A DNA stretch of 64,000 nt from Myxococcales bacterium (GTDB lineage: Bacteria; Myxococcota_A; Polyangia; Haliangiales; Haliangiaceae), in contig JADJUW010000003.1 of NCBI GenBank assembly GCA_016716835.1, positions 48,534-112,533 of the forward strand. The letters are read 5' to 3'. A model generated the notes under the pieces. That model saw only the letters and a program-made list of their open reading frames with translations, was not told where the DNA came from and searched no databases. This document shows, in pieces, positions 43,745 through 52,820 of the stretch. A program made the position numbers and the translations under genes. The first letter of the stretch is position 1; every line of letters begins with the position of its first letter.

Positions 43745-44323
43745 CTAATAGGTACACCCTTCGATGCCATTGTTGCAGGGCCGACACTCGCCTTTGATCA
43801 AGTCCTCGTCAAACTCGAATTCGATCGTGGCTTCAAGCTGCCCGGCCGGCGAGACCGCCGCCAGTTCCACGGCGCCCACAATGTCAAACGCGCGGTACGT
43901 TACGGGCGCGCCATCATAGAAGGTCTCACCTTCCTGCACTGCAAACGCGTAAATGGTTGTGGAGGCGGCGGCATCAACTGACCAGATCTCTTCGCAATAC
44001 GCGCGAATGTCCGAATTGCAGAGCGTCACGGAAGCGTACCCAAGCGGGTAAGAAAAGACGCCAGGCTTCCAGCCTGAACGAAACCTGTACATTAGGTCGA
44101 GCGGTGCACCATCGGCGCGAATGTAGTAGGTCATCGATTGATGGTCTGTGTCGTCACCGTCAGCCCAATAGCCGACCTCTGATTCAAACGAACTCGACAC
44201 CCCGTCGACTAATTGACTGCCGGCGGCGGGGTTTGCGGTTCGAATGATTTCAAATTCGCATTCTTTGCCGCACCCGGCTATCCCGTGGAATAACAGCAAC
44301 CCTGCTACGATGCGGCTAGCCAT
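43745..44323 (-). CDS. Hypothetical lipoprotein
   Basis: Lipobox 'GIAGC', 192 aa, several Cys, no recognisable motif. Confidence 0.6.
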   Translation of the reverse strand: MASRIVAGLLLFHGIAGCGKECEFEIIRTANPAAGSQLVDGVSSSFESEVGYWADGDDTDHQSMTYYIRADGAPLDLMYRFRSGWKPGVFSYPLGYASVTLCNSDIRAYCEEIWSVDAAASTTIYAFAVQEGETFYDGAPVTYRAFDIVGAVELAAVSPAGQLEATIEFEFDEDLIKGECRPCNNGIEGCTY

Positions 44324-44421
44324 GTTAGCAGGCTAGCTGAAACACCTGGCGGTGTGCGGTACTTGCCACGCCTTGCCAACGATTGCCAGGCCCCGTTGGC
44401 GGGCGCTTGAGACGATCACTG

Positions 44422-45342
44422 TTAAGGCGCGCGCTTGGGAATGACCTTGCGCACCGCAGCCTTCGCCACCGCGGCGCCAGCGCGCAGGGCGAACGCGACG
44501 TCGCGCGGACGCCGCGTGTGATACAAGCTCCACGCCCAGTGCTCGGCGGCGGTGCGCACCTCGCCACCACCCGCGAGGCCTCGCGCAAAACGGGCGCGGG
44601 CGCGGGCGAGCGCACAGTGGCGCACGGCGGCAGGTAGCTCGTCGCGATACTCATCAAAAAAACGTTCCATGACGAATAAGTAATCCTTGTACGTGCCGGC
44701 CACCGCGTTGAGCCCATCTTCGAGGCCCCGCGCGGCGACGGTGAGCGGCGCCTCGATTACGCCGATTGGATAGAGGCGCGCGACGCGCAGCATGTAGTCG
44801 ATGTCTTCGGCCGTGCGCAGCTGAGAATCAAAACCGCCGAGCTCTTCGTAGACGCAACGCCGCATCGCCACCGACGACGGCACCATCGCCGGATGCTGTG
44901 CGATGGTGTGCAGCGCAAACCCATCGCTGGGAATGGTATCTCGTCGCCGCAGCGTGTCCTGCGCACCGTTAATGTTGCGGCGCAAGACGTCGGTGACGAC
45001 CATGCCGAGCTCGGGGTGGTCGGTGAGCTTGTCGACCTGCGCCGCGGTCTTCTCGGGCAACCAAAGATCATCGGAATCCAAGAACGTCAGCACGCTGCCG
45101 GAGGCCTCGCCAAGCCCTCGATTGCGCGCCGCCGACACTCCCGCATTGGCCTGATGAACGTAGCGCACGCCCGGAAACTCGCGCGCGACGACGGCACGCG
45201 TGTCATCGGTTGAGCCATCGTCGACCACGATGGTCTCGATGAGCTCGTGGGGATAGGTCTGCGCCGCCACTGAGGCCAGCGCGCGTCGCAATAACCCGGC
45301 GCGGTTGAAGCTGGGGATGATGACGCTCACCAGTGGCCGCAT
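44422..45342 (-). CDS. Glycosyltransferase family 2
   Basis: 'VSVIIPSFNRAGLL', 'VVDDGSTDDT' and 'FLDSDDLW' (DxD). Confidence 0.9.
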   Translation of the reverse strand: MRPLVSVIIPSFNRAGLLRRALASVAAQTYPHELIETIVVDDGSTDDTRAVVAREFPGVRYVHQANAGVSAARNRGLGEASGSVLTFLDSDDLWLPEKTAAQVDKLTDHPELGMVVTDVLRRNINGAQDTLRRRDTIPSDGFALHTIAQHPAMVPSSVAMRRCVYEELGGFDSQLRTAEDIDYMLRVARLYPIGVIEAPLTVAARGLEDGLNAVAGTYKDYLFVMERFFDEYRDELPAAVRHCALARARARFARGLAGGGEVRTAAEHWAWSLYHTRRPRDVAFALRAGAAVAKAAVRKVIPKRAP

Positions 45343-45401
45343 GCGCCAATTCTACGCCAGCGGCGTGCCCTGGGCGCGTAAACTGCACTACAATTAGCGC
45401 C

Positions 45402-46475
45402 GTGTCGGGATTGCGCAGCGCCGTCAAAACCAGGCTGGTGCGTCGCGCCTACCGCAGCGGCATGCTCGATCTTTGGCATCGCCGCCGCAATCGCCAGGCG
45501 CTGACCGTGATCATGTATCACCGGATCATCGACCCGGGTGATGTGCGGTGGCTGCGCTGCGATCCGGAATATTCGCTTTCCACGGAGCTCTTCGAGCAGA
45601 CGCTCATTTTTTTTCGCCGCCACTATAATCTGGTGACGCTCGATGACATCGCGCGCGCCCGCGCCCGGCCAGGTAGCCTGCCCGAGGTGCCTCTGCTCAT
45701 CACGTTCGACGATGGCTGGGCCGATACCGCTGACTTCGCGGCGCCGCTGCTTTCCAAGTATCGCTGCCCATCGCTGTTGTTTGTCGCCACCGATGTGGTG
45801 GGGCGACCGGATGCATTTTGGCAGGAGCAAATGGTCGGCGCGTGGCGAAGCGGACGCCTGGGCGCCGAGCGGCTGGCACAGGTGTGGGATGAACTCGGTG
45901 AGCCGGTGCACGCCGCGCAGGCGAGACGCCACGCTGCCGCGCGTGCCGACCTCGAGCCTCTGCGCGCCGTCATCTCGCATTTGGAGCGCCAGCCAAGCGA
46001 TCGCCGGCAGGCGGTGCTCGCGCGCCTCTATGCCGTGCTCGCCGATCCGACGCCGCAGATGATTACGCAGGCCAAGTTGGCGGAGCTGCCAGGGCAGGGC
46101 ATGGCGCTCGGCGGCCACGGCCACAGCCACACGCCGCTAACCGACGTCGCCAATCCAGGCGGTGAGCTCAATGAATCGCGGCAGCGTCTATTTCGTGTAA
46201 CCGGCCAGTACCCGCGCGCGATGTCGTTTCCCCACGGCGCGCACACCGAAGCCCTGGTAGAGCAAGCACACGACCTCGGCTTCGAGCTGCTCTTCACCAG
46301 CCGGCGCAAGCTCAACAACGCGGGCGATCTGGCGGCGGGCGTGCTCGGTCGCGCCGGGTTCACCGCGGAGACCATTTGCGATGATCGCGGCCAGTATTGC
46401 CCCGATCGGCTAGCCTGGTTTTTGTTTCGCATTGAGCAGCCGCGCGCCAACGTGTTGCCCAAGTTTTCGCGGTAA
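45402..46475 (+). CDS. NodB-type polysaccharide deacetylase
   Basis: 'LTVIMYHRI', 'LITFDDGWADT' and 'GGHGHSHTPL'. GTG 45402 is preferred over the upstream ATG 45333, which would overlap the divergent GT2 gene. ATG 45462 is an alternative. Confidence 0.82.
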   Translation: MSGLRSAVKTRLVRRAYRSGMLDLWHRRRNRQALTVIMYHRIIDPGDVRWLRCDPEYSLSTELFEQTLIFFRRHYNLVTLDDIARARARPGSLPEVPLLITFDDGWADTADFAAPLLSKYRCPSLLFVATDVVGRPDAFWQEQMVGAWRSGRLGAERLAQVWDELGEPVHAAQARRHAAARADLEPLRAVISHLERQPSDRRQAVLARLYAVLADPTPQMITQAKLAELPGQGMALGGHGHSHTPLTDVANPGGELNESRQRLFRVTGQYPRAMSFPHGAHTEALVEQAHDLGFELLFTSRRKLNNAGDLAAGVLGRAGFTAETICDDRGQYCPDRLAWFLFRIEQPRANVLPKFSR

Positions 46476-46483
46476 CGTGGTGT

Positions 46484-47878
46484 GTGTTTGTTTTGCCGGG
46501 CCTTGGGCTCTTGGTGATCGTCCTGATCACGCGCCCGCAAGAATTTGTGCCGCTGCTCGCAGGTGTGCCGCTGCTGCACCTGGCGGCCGTGGCCGCGCTG
46601 CTCGGCTATGTGCTCGACGTTCGCATCGGCCGCTTGCGGCCGCAATGGTCGCCGCTGCTATGGGTTGGATTTGCGTTCTTGGCGTGGGCGGGCGTCTGCG
46701 ATCTGGCCGCCGGCGGTGAGAGCCTGCCGCAACGCCTCACCGAGCTCGTCATCCTGGGCGTGTTGTTTACCCTGATGGCGGGTGGCATCCAGCGCCTGCG
46801 ATCGTTTCGCTGGTTTGCCGGTATCGTCGTCGCGCTTTGCGCTTTCCTCGCCATCGTCGGCATTGAGCAGCGATTTGCGCCGTATGGCTGCGTCGCGGTT
46901 GATCCGGTCTATACCGCCGAGGGCGCGCCGGATGGTCGCCCGTGCGACACCGCAGTGATGTGCATCGACGGCAGCGGCGATGATTTTCGCTGTGAACGTG
47001 TCGGCCTGTTTCAAACGTTTTCGATCGAAGGGCGTGTGCGCTATCGCGGCGAATTGCACGATCCCAACGAGCTCGCGCTGTGGCTTGGGCTCGGAGGCAT
47101 CGCGCTGGGCCTGGGGCTGTGGTTTGGCCACGTGCCTGGCGTGCGGCGAGGTCCTCGCGACGCCGCCCTCGCCATCGCGATGGGGCTGTGCTTGGCATGT
47201 ATCTACTTCACGCAATCGCGCGGTGGACTGTTGGTCGTGGTGATCATTGCCGGCACCTTTGCCATTGCGCGGTGGGGGCGGTGGGCGATCTCCGCAGGCC
47301 TGGTGATAGCGCCGTTGGCGTTCTTGATCATGCGAGCTGCTACCGCGGGACGCGATACCGAGTCGGCCGCGATGTCGACGGCCTTGCGCTATGAGGCGTG
47401 GGCGGCGGGCCTGGGCATGATGCGCGGCAGCCCCTTGGTCGGCGTCGGGCATCGCCAATTTGGCGAGCATCATTATATGACGGCGCACAACTCGTACGTG
47501 CTCGCGGCGGGCGAGTTGGGGTTTCTCGGCCTGGTCTTATTCTTGGCCTTGCTCGCGCAGGCGCTTAAGATCGTCTTTGTTGGATATCGCGAGCTGGGCG
47601 GCATCGCAGGCGCCGAGGTGCCGCGGGTGTGGGCGCTCGCCTTGCTCGCCGGTGGTCTCGGGCTGGTGTTCCAGATCGGCACGCTCTCGTTCGCTTATCA
47701 CTCGGTTATGTGGCTTTACCTCGGCCTAGTTGCCGCATGGCACGGCGCCGTCGTGGCGCATGTGCCGACGTTCTCGCCACGCCTGCGCCTGGGTGAGTGG
47801 CTCGCCGTTGCCGTGGTAGCGGCCCTATTTGTAACCGTCTTGCTGCCGATGTACCTTCGCCTCCAACACGCGCTATGA
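46484..47878 (+). CDS. O-antigen ligase / polymerase family (Wzy_C) membrane protein
   Basis: At least 10 TM segments. 'YFTQSRGGLLVVVI' and 'HNSYVLAAGELGFLGLVLF' are typical of the Wzy_C domain. Confidence 0.85.
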   Translation: MFVLPGLGLLVIVLITRPQEFVPLLAGVPLLHLAAVAALLGYVLDVRIGRLRPQWSPLLWVGFAFLAWAGVCDLAAGGESLPQRLTELVILGVLFTLMAGGIQRLRSFRWFAGIVVALCAFLAIVGIEQRFAPYGCVAVDPVYTAEGAPDGRPCDTAVMCIDGSGDDFRCERVGLFQTFSIEGRVRYRGELHDPNELALWLGLGGIALGLGLWFGHVPGVRRGPRDAALAIAMGLCLACIYFTQSRGGLLVVVIIAGTFAIARWGRWAISAGLVIAPLAFLIMRAATAGRDTESAAMSTALRYEAWAAGLGMMRGSPLVGVGHRQFGEHHYMTAHNSYVLAAGELGFLGLVLFLALLAQALKIVFVGYRELGGIAGAEVPRVWALALLAGGLGLVFQIGTLSFAYHSVMWLYLGLVAAWHGAVVAHVPTFSPRLRLGEWLAVAVVAALFVTVLLPMYLRLQHAL

Positions 47879-47885
47879 TGCGCTG

Positions 47886-49288
47886 ATGTCAGACACGCGC
47901 ATGAGCCGACGCAAGATCATTCTAGGCGGCCTGGGCGCCGGCGCCGTGGTGGCGGGGGGCGCGGCGTGGTCGCTGCGGCGCAAAATTACGTCTAAGCTGG
48001 CGCGCTATACCGAGGCTTCGTCGTTTGCGGCGACGCCGGCCGCGCCCGTGCACGATGCGGCGCGCGATGCCACCAAGCTGTATGTGGCGCAGGGCGGTGG
48101 CAGCCCCGCCGAGCGCATCGATGGCGTCTTTGCCAAGCTGGGCGGCGCGGCGGCGTTGGTTGGGGTCGATGACGTCGTCATCATCAAGGTTGCCGCGCAG
48201 TGGTGGAACCAGGGCATGACCAATGTCGCGGCGGTAAGGCGCGCGATTGAGCACGTGCTGGAAATTCCGGGCTTTCGCGGCGACGTAATCGTGTTCGAGA
48301 ACACACATTTTCGTTTCCTCGATCGCGCCGATGACGACCCTGCGCGCGGCCTGACGCGGGCGTGGACGCATCCAAGCGTGCGCAACGTCGACGTTAATGG
48401 CTGGAGCTCGCTGGGAGATTTGATCCCCACTTTTCGGCGCTTAACGCCCGCGTGGGCTTTGTCGGCCTCGTCGATGCGGGCCTATCCTCGCTCCAAGATG
48501 ACACCTGGCACGACGCCGCGCATGCGCACGGGCACTACGGCGGCGATGGCCGCGGGCCGCTGACGACGGGCGATGCGCGTGACGGCTACTTTTGGGATTT
48601 CTCGCAGGTGTTTCGCCTGAGGCGCAGCCTGGTCGACGACGCGCAGACGCCGCTGACGTGGCCGCGCTTCACGGACGCCCGCAGCGGCCTCACGATCGAT
48701 CTGCGCGACGGCGTGTTTCGTCGCGAGGGCGGCAAATTGGTCAAGGTCGATCGCAAGCTGACCTTTATCAACATGACGACGGGCAACGAGCACGGCTCGA
48801 CTGGCTACACCGGCGCGGTGAAGTCGGCGATGGGGCTGGTCGACATGAGCGCCGGCGCGCTCGGCACGCATCCGCTCGCGCAAGGCTATCAGTCGGTGCA
48901 CTACTTTGGCTCGTTCGGCAAGCGGCGGCCCAGCTGGCGCATGGCGGGGCCGCTCGCCGCGTTCTGTGCATCTGTCCGGAAACCGGACCTTTACATTACG
49001 GTCTCGGAATGGACCGCCGCGATGCCGGCGAAGGGCTGGCCAGACAGCGAGGACCTGCGCCATGCCGAGCTCAGCGCGCACCACACCAAGACCATCGTCG
49101 CGGGCACCGACCCAGTTGCCGTCGACGCCTGGTGTATCCGCAATTTGATGATGCCGATCCGCGGCCTCAATTTTGACGCCTACTACAACCTCGATTCGGC
49201 CGAGGCCAAGGCGACCAAGTTCCTGCGGTATTACAAAGAAGTCGCCGGCGTCGGCGCGCTCGATCCTGCGCTTGTCACGATCGTCTAG
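47886..49288 (+). pseudogene. Tat-signal DUF362-family protein split by a -1 frameshift (or assembly indel)
   Basis: ORFs 47886-48563 and 48452-49288 are two halves of one protein. The N-half has 'SRRKIILGG' (twin-Arg) and 'VVIIKVAAQWWN...VIVFEN'. The C-half has 'IVAGTDPVAVDAWCIRNLM'. The frames switch near C4/T4 runs at 48425-48434. 1403 nt plus 1 equals 468 codons. Confidence 0.65.
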
Positions 49289-49349
49289 GATCCGCGCCTT
49301 TTCCCCTACGCGTCAGCCAGGTTGGTACGTCACCGCAACAAAGCGTTTG

Positions 49350-49556
49350 CTAGACAGTTTCCGGGCAGTCATCGCACGTGCATGGCTCATAGGGGCAGGT
49401 AACCGTGACGCACCGAGCGTAGGTAGGGCACCCAATGGTGCAAGCAGATGTGCCGTTAATGCACGGGCTAAGGGTCGAATCAGCGGCTCCCGAAAATTTT
49501 GCCAAGGTTGTGATCGAAAGACGTTTGAGCGCGAGCTTCTTCGAGGTCTGTTTCAT
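49350..49556 (-). CDS. Small Cys/Thr-rich peptide with double-glycine-type leader (candidate RiPP/bacteriocin precursor)
   Basis: 68 aa: MKQTSKKLALKRLSITTLAKFSGA / ADSTLSPCINGTSACTIGCPTYARCVTVTCPYEPCTCDDCPETV. The leader resembles the 'KKLxLxKxxIxxL...G(G/A)' type. The core has 8 Cys and 11 Ser/Thr in 44 residues. No SD is seen, and codon usage is less GC3-biased than in neighbours. Confidence 0.5.
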   Translation of the reverse strand: MKQTSKKLALKRLSITTLAKFSGAADSTLSPCINGTSACTIGCPTYARCVTVTCPYEPCTCDDCPETV

Positions 49557-49633
49557 AATGCGCGGGACACTAGCATCGCCGAGAAAACCACGTCAACGAA
49601 TTATCTCGGGACTGGGCCAACTTCCTGAAAGAA

Positions 49634-51904
49634 CTAAGGCGCGACCTCGGCATCGCAAAGGTGGCTGCCAGTTGCTAACAGGGCCGCAGCCGCCTGCGCG
49701 ATGCGCGGCGCAAGATACGTATGTCGTGGCCGCGCTTGCGCGTTGCGCACCGCGAGCGAAATCGCCTTGCCGGTGCCAACCAAGATGACCAGTTGCTTGC
49801 CGCGAGTCATCGCGGTGTAGAGCAGGCTCTTGCTCAGCATCATGAAATGCTGCGTCACCACGGGCATGACAACGGCCGGATATTCCGAGCCCTGGCTCTT
49901 ATGCACGCTGACCGCATAGGCCAGCGCGAGCTGGTCGAGCTCGGCGCGATCGTAGTCGGCGATGCGGCCGTCGGTAAAGATGACGCGTGCCTGGCCGGCA
50001 TCGGCGTCGATGCGATCGATGTAGCCGATGTCGCCGTTGAAGACACCCTTGTCGTAGTCGTTCTTGAGCTGCATCACCTTGTCGCCGGTGCGCAACGTGG
50101 TGTCGCCGCGGACCAGCTCGGCCTTGGCCGTGGCGGCCGGGTTGAGCGTGGTCTGGAGCGCCTTGTTGAGCGCCGCGGTGCCGACCTCGCCCCGGTGCAT
50201 GGGCGTCAGCACCTGGATGTCGGCGGTCGGCGAGAAGCCAAACTTGCCGGGAATGCGCTGCGTGACCAATTCGACGATGGTGTCGAGCACCGCGGCGGGC
50301 TCGGGACGATTAATAAAATACATGTCGTTGCCCGGGGTCTGCGGGTCGACAAATTCAGGCATTTGGCCGCCGTTGACGCGGTGGGCGTTGGCGACGATTT
50401 GGCTCGCGGCGGCCTGGCGAAAAATCTCGGTGAGCCGCACCACTACCGCTGCCTCGCTGGCAATGACATCGGCCAAGATGGCGCCGGGCCCGACCGAGGG
50501 CAGCTGGTCGATGTCGCCGACCAAGATGAGCTGCGCCGCGGGCGGGATGGCGGCGAGCAGTCCGGCGAACACAAAAATATCGATCATGCTCGCCTCGTCG
50601 ACGATCACCACGTCGGCCTCGAGCGGGCGGTCCTTGTTGCGGGCAAAGCTGCCGTTCTGCGGCGTGTATTCGAGCAGGCGATGCAAGGTCGCGGCGGTTT
50701 GGCCCGTGCTCTCGGAAAGCCGCAAGGCCGCGCGCCCGGTTGGCGCGCCCAGCGCGAGGCGGCGAAACTGCTTGGTCGCGAGGTGGCAAATTGCCTTGAC
50801 GATCGTCGTCTTGCCAACGCCAGGGCCGCCGGTGATTACGACAAGCTTTTCGTTGGAGGCCGCCTCCACCGCCCGGCGCTGTTGGCCGGCAAGCTGCACC
50901 CCCGCGGCCGCTTCAAAGGCGGCGATGGCCTCGGCGGCATCCACGGGCTTGCGACTCGTCGCGGTATTCGCGAGGACCGCCACCGCCTGCGCAGCCGCGA
51001 CCTCGGCCTCGTGCGCGGCGGGCAGTGACACGCACCAACCCCGATCGCCCAGCAGCTCCTCGACGAGCAGCTTAGTCGCCACGAGCGTTTGCATGGCCGG
51101 CATCAATTTGTCGACGTCCACCACCAGCAGCTCGCGGCCGCGCTCGAGCAACTCGGCGCGCGGCAGGTGCGCATGGCCATCCTCGAGCGATTCGCCGACC
51201 ACGTGCAAGAGCCCCGCCTCGAGGCGGGCCGGCGCGTCCTTGGCAAGTCCCATCTTTTGCGCGATGCCATCCGCGGTGCGAAAGCCAATGCCCCAGATGT
51301 CGATCGCCAGCCGATACGGATTGGCGCGCACGATCGCCATTGCCTCGCGGCCGTATTGCTTGATGATGCGGCCGGCAAACGCCGCCGACACGCCGTGGCC
51401 GCGCAAAAACACCATGACGTCTTGCACGTGGTGGTGAGTCTGCCAGGCCTCGGCAATGCTCGCCGCGCGCGCCGCGCCAATCCCCGAAACCTCGGTCAGC
51501 CGCGCTGGCTGGTTGCCGATGACCTCGAGCGTCTGAAAGCCAAAGGCCTCCACCAGACGACGCGCCATCTCGCCGCCGATACCTGGGATCAGCCCCGAGC
51601 CGAGAAACTTTTCGATGCCGTCAAGGGTTTCGGGCGCGCGCGGGTGGGCGCTCCCGACCTTGAGTTGTCGGCCGAATTTCTTGTCCGTGATCCATTCGCC
51701 GCGCACCAGCCAGCTCGAGCCCTCGGTCATGCCGACGAGCTGGCCGACGATGGTCACCAGGCCACTGGCGAGTTGTCCGGTTTTCGTGCTCTGCGGCGCG
51801 GGCAGCAGGCGCGCCACCGCGAACTGCGAGTCCTCGTTGCGATACACGATCTTGGCGATCGTGCCTTCCAGCGTGACTTGGTTGGGCGCAGCGTCGGTTT
51901 CCAT
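49634..51904 (-). CDS. recD2: RecD2-type SF1B ATP-dependent DNA helicase
   Basis: 756 aa. Walker A 'VITGGPGVGKTT', Walker B 'VVIVDEASMID', 'LILVGDIDQLPSVGPG', C-terminal 'AVSVHKSQGSEYPAVV', and an N-terminal HhH/OB-like region. Confidence 0.92.
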   Translation of the reverse strand: METDAAPNQVTLEGTIAKIVYRNEDSQFAVARLLPAPQSTKTGQLASGLVTIVGQLVGMTEGSSWLVRGEWITDKKFGRQLKVGSAHPRAPETLDGIEKFLGSGLIPGIGGEMARRLVEAFGFQTLEVIGNQPARLTEVSGIGAARAASIAEAWQTHHHVQDVMVFLRGHGVSAAFAGRIIKQYGREAMAIVRANPYRLAIDIWGIGFRTADGIAQKMGLAKDAPARLEAGLLHVVGESLEDGHAHLPRAELLERGRELLVVDVDKLMPAMQTLVATKLLVEELLGDRGWCVSLPAAHEAEVAAAQAVAVLANTATSRKPVDAAEAIAAFEAAAGVQLAGQQRRAVEAASNEKLVVITGGPGVGKTTIVKAICHLATKQFRRLALGAPTGRAALRLSESTGQTAATLHRLLEYTPQNGSFARNKDRPLEADVVIVDEASMIDIFVFAGLLAAIPPAAQLILVGDIDQLPSVGPGAILADVIASEAAVVVRLTEIFRQAAASQIVANAHRVNGGQMPEFVDPQTPGNDMYFINRPEPAAVLDTIVELVTQRIPGKFGFSPTADIQVLTPMHRGEVGTAALNKALQTTLNPAATAKAELVRGDTTLRTGDKVMQLKNDYDKGVFNGDIGYIDRIDADAGQARVIFTDGRIADYDRAELDQLALAYAVSVHKSQGSEYPAVVMPVVTQHFMMLSKSLLYTAMTRGKQLVILVGTGKAISLAVRNAQARPRHTYLAPRIAQAAAALLATGSHLCDAEVAP

Positions 51905-51935
51905 GATGAGGCAATCGGCGGCGCGCGGGGGCGTG

Positions 51936-52820
51936 CTAACGCGTTAAAGGTTGGTACAGCTCGCCGCGGCGATCGCGGAAAAAACCCATGCTGGCGCGGG
52001 CGCGCTGCAGCGCCGCGAGGTCAAATGTTGCCAGCGCGACGCCCGGCGCCTCACGGCCTAGCTCGCTGAGCATGTCGCCGCGTTGGTTGCACACAAACGA
52101 GCTGCCGTAAAAACCGATGCTATTTCCGGCCTCGCCCTCGACGCCAATGCGATTTGCCGCGATGACGCCGACCTGGTTCGCGACGGCGTGGCCCTGCATC
52201 ACGCGCTGCCAGCTCGCCTGGCTATCGAAGTCGGGCTCTTCCGGCTCGCTGCCGATGGCGGTTGGGTAAAATAGGAGGTCGGCGCCGAGCAGCGCCATGG
52301 CGCGCGCGCACTCGGGGAACCACTGGTCCCAGCAGATGCCGACGCCGATGGTGGCGTAGCGGGTGGCAAACGCCATAAACCCGGTGTTGCCGGGACGAAA
52401 GAAGAACTTCTCCTGATAGCCAGGCCCGTCGGGAATGTGGCTCTTGCGATAGACGCCAAGCAGCGCCCCGTCGGCATCGATCACCGCGACCGAATTGTAA
52501 TAGGCCGGCCCATCTTTTTCAAAAAACGAAATTGGCATCACGATGCCGAGCTCGCGGCAGAGCGCCTGAAAGTGGGCGATGGTCGGATGTCCGTCCACCG
52601 GACGCGCGCGCAGAAAGTCTTCCTCGCGCTGGCCTCGGCAGAAATAGAGGCCTTCGAAGAGTTCGGGTGGCAAGATGATCTGCGCGCCCTGCGCATGCGC
52701 CCTCCTCGCCAGCGCGGTGACGTTGGCGATATTCTCGCCGAGCTCATCGCCAAGGGCGAGTTGCAGCGCGGCGACGCCGACGGTGCCGGAGGTCTTGGCG
52801 ACGGTGGGTTGCGTGGTCAT
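51936..52820 (-). CDS. aguB: N-carbamoylputrescine amidase (carbon-nitrogen hydrolase)
   Basis: Trimmed to ATG 52820, which forms an ATGA overlap with the aguA stop. Catalytic Cys region 'GVGICWDQWFPE'. 'ILPPELF' contains the catalytic Glu. Confidence 0.9.
   Translation of the reverse strand: MTTQPTVAKTSGTVGVAALQLALGDELGENIANVTALARRAHAQGAQIILPPELFEGLYFCRGQREEDFLRARPVDGHPTIAHFQALCRELGIVMPISFFEKDGPAYYNSVAVIDADGALLGVYRKSHIPDGPGYQEKFFFRPGNTGFMAFATRYATIGVGICWDQWFPECARAMALLGADLLFYPTAIGSEPEEPDFDSQASWQRVMQGHAVANQVGVIAANRIGVEGEAGNSIGFYGSSFVCNQRGDMLSELGREAPGVALATFDLAALQRARASMGFFRDRRGELYQPLTR

Noticed and set aside
49721-52069. Three long plus-strand ORFs (435, 457 and 326 aa) inside recD2
   Set aside because: They are antisense or out-of-frame shadows of a helicase gene with all SF1B motifs. 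Their translations are low complexity.
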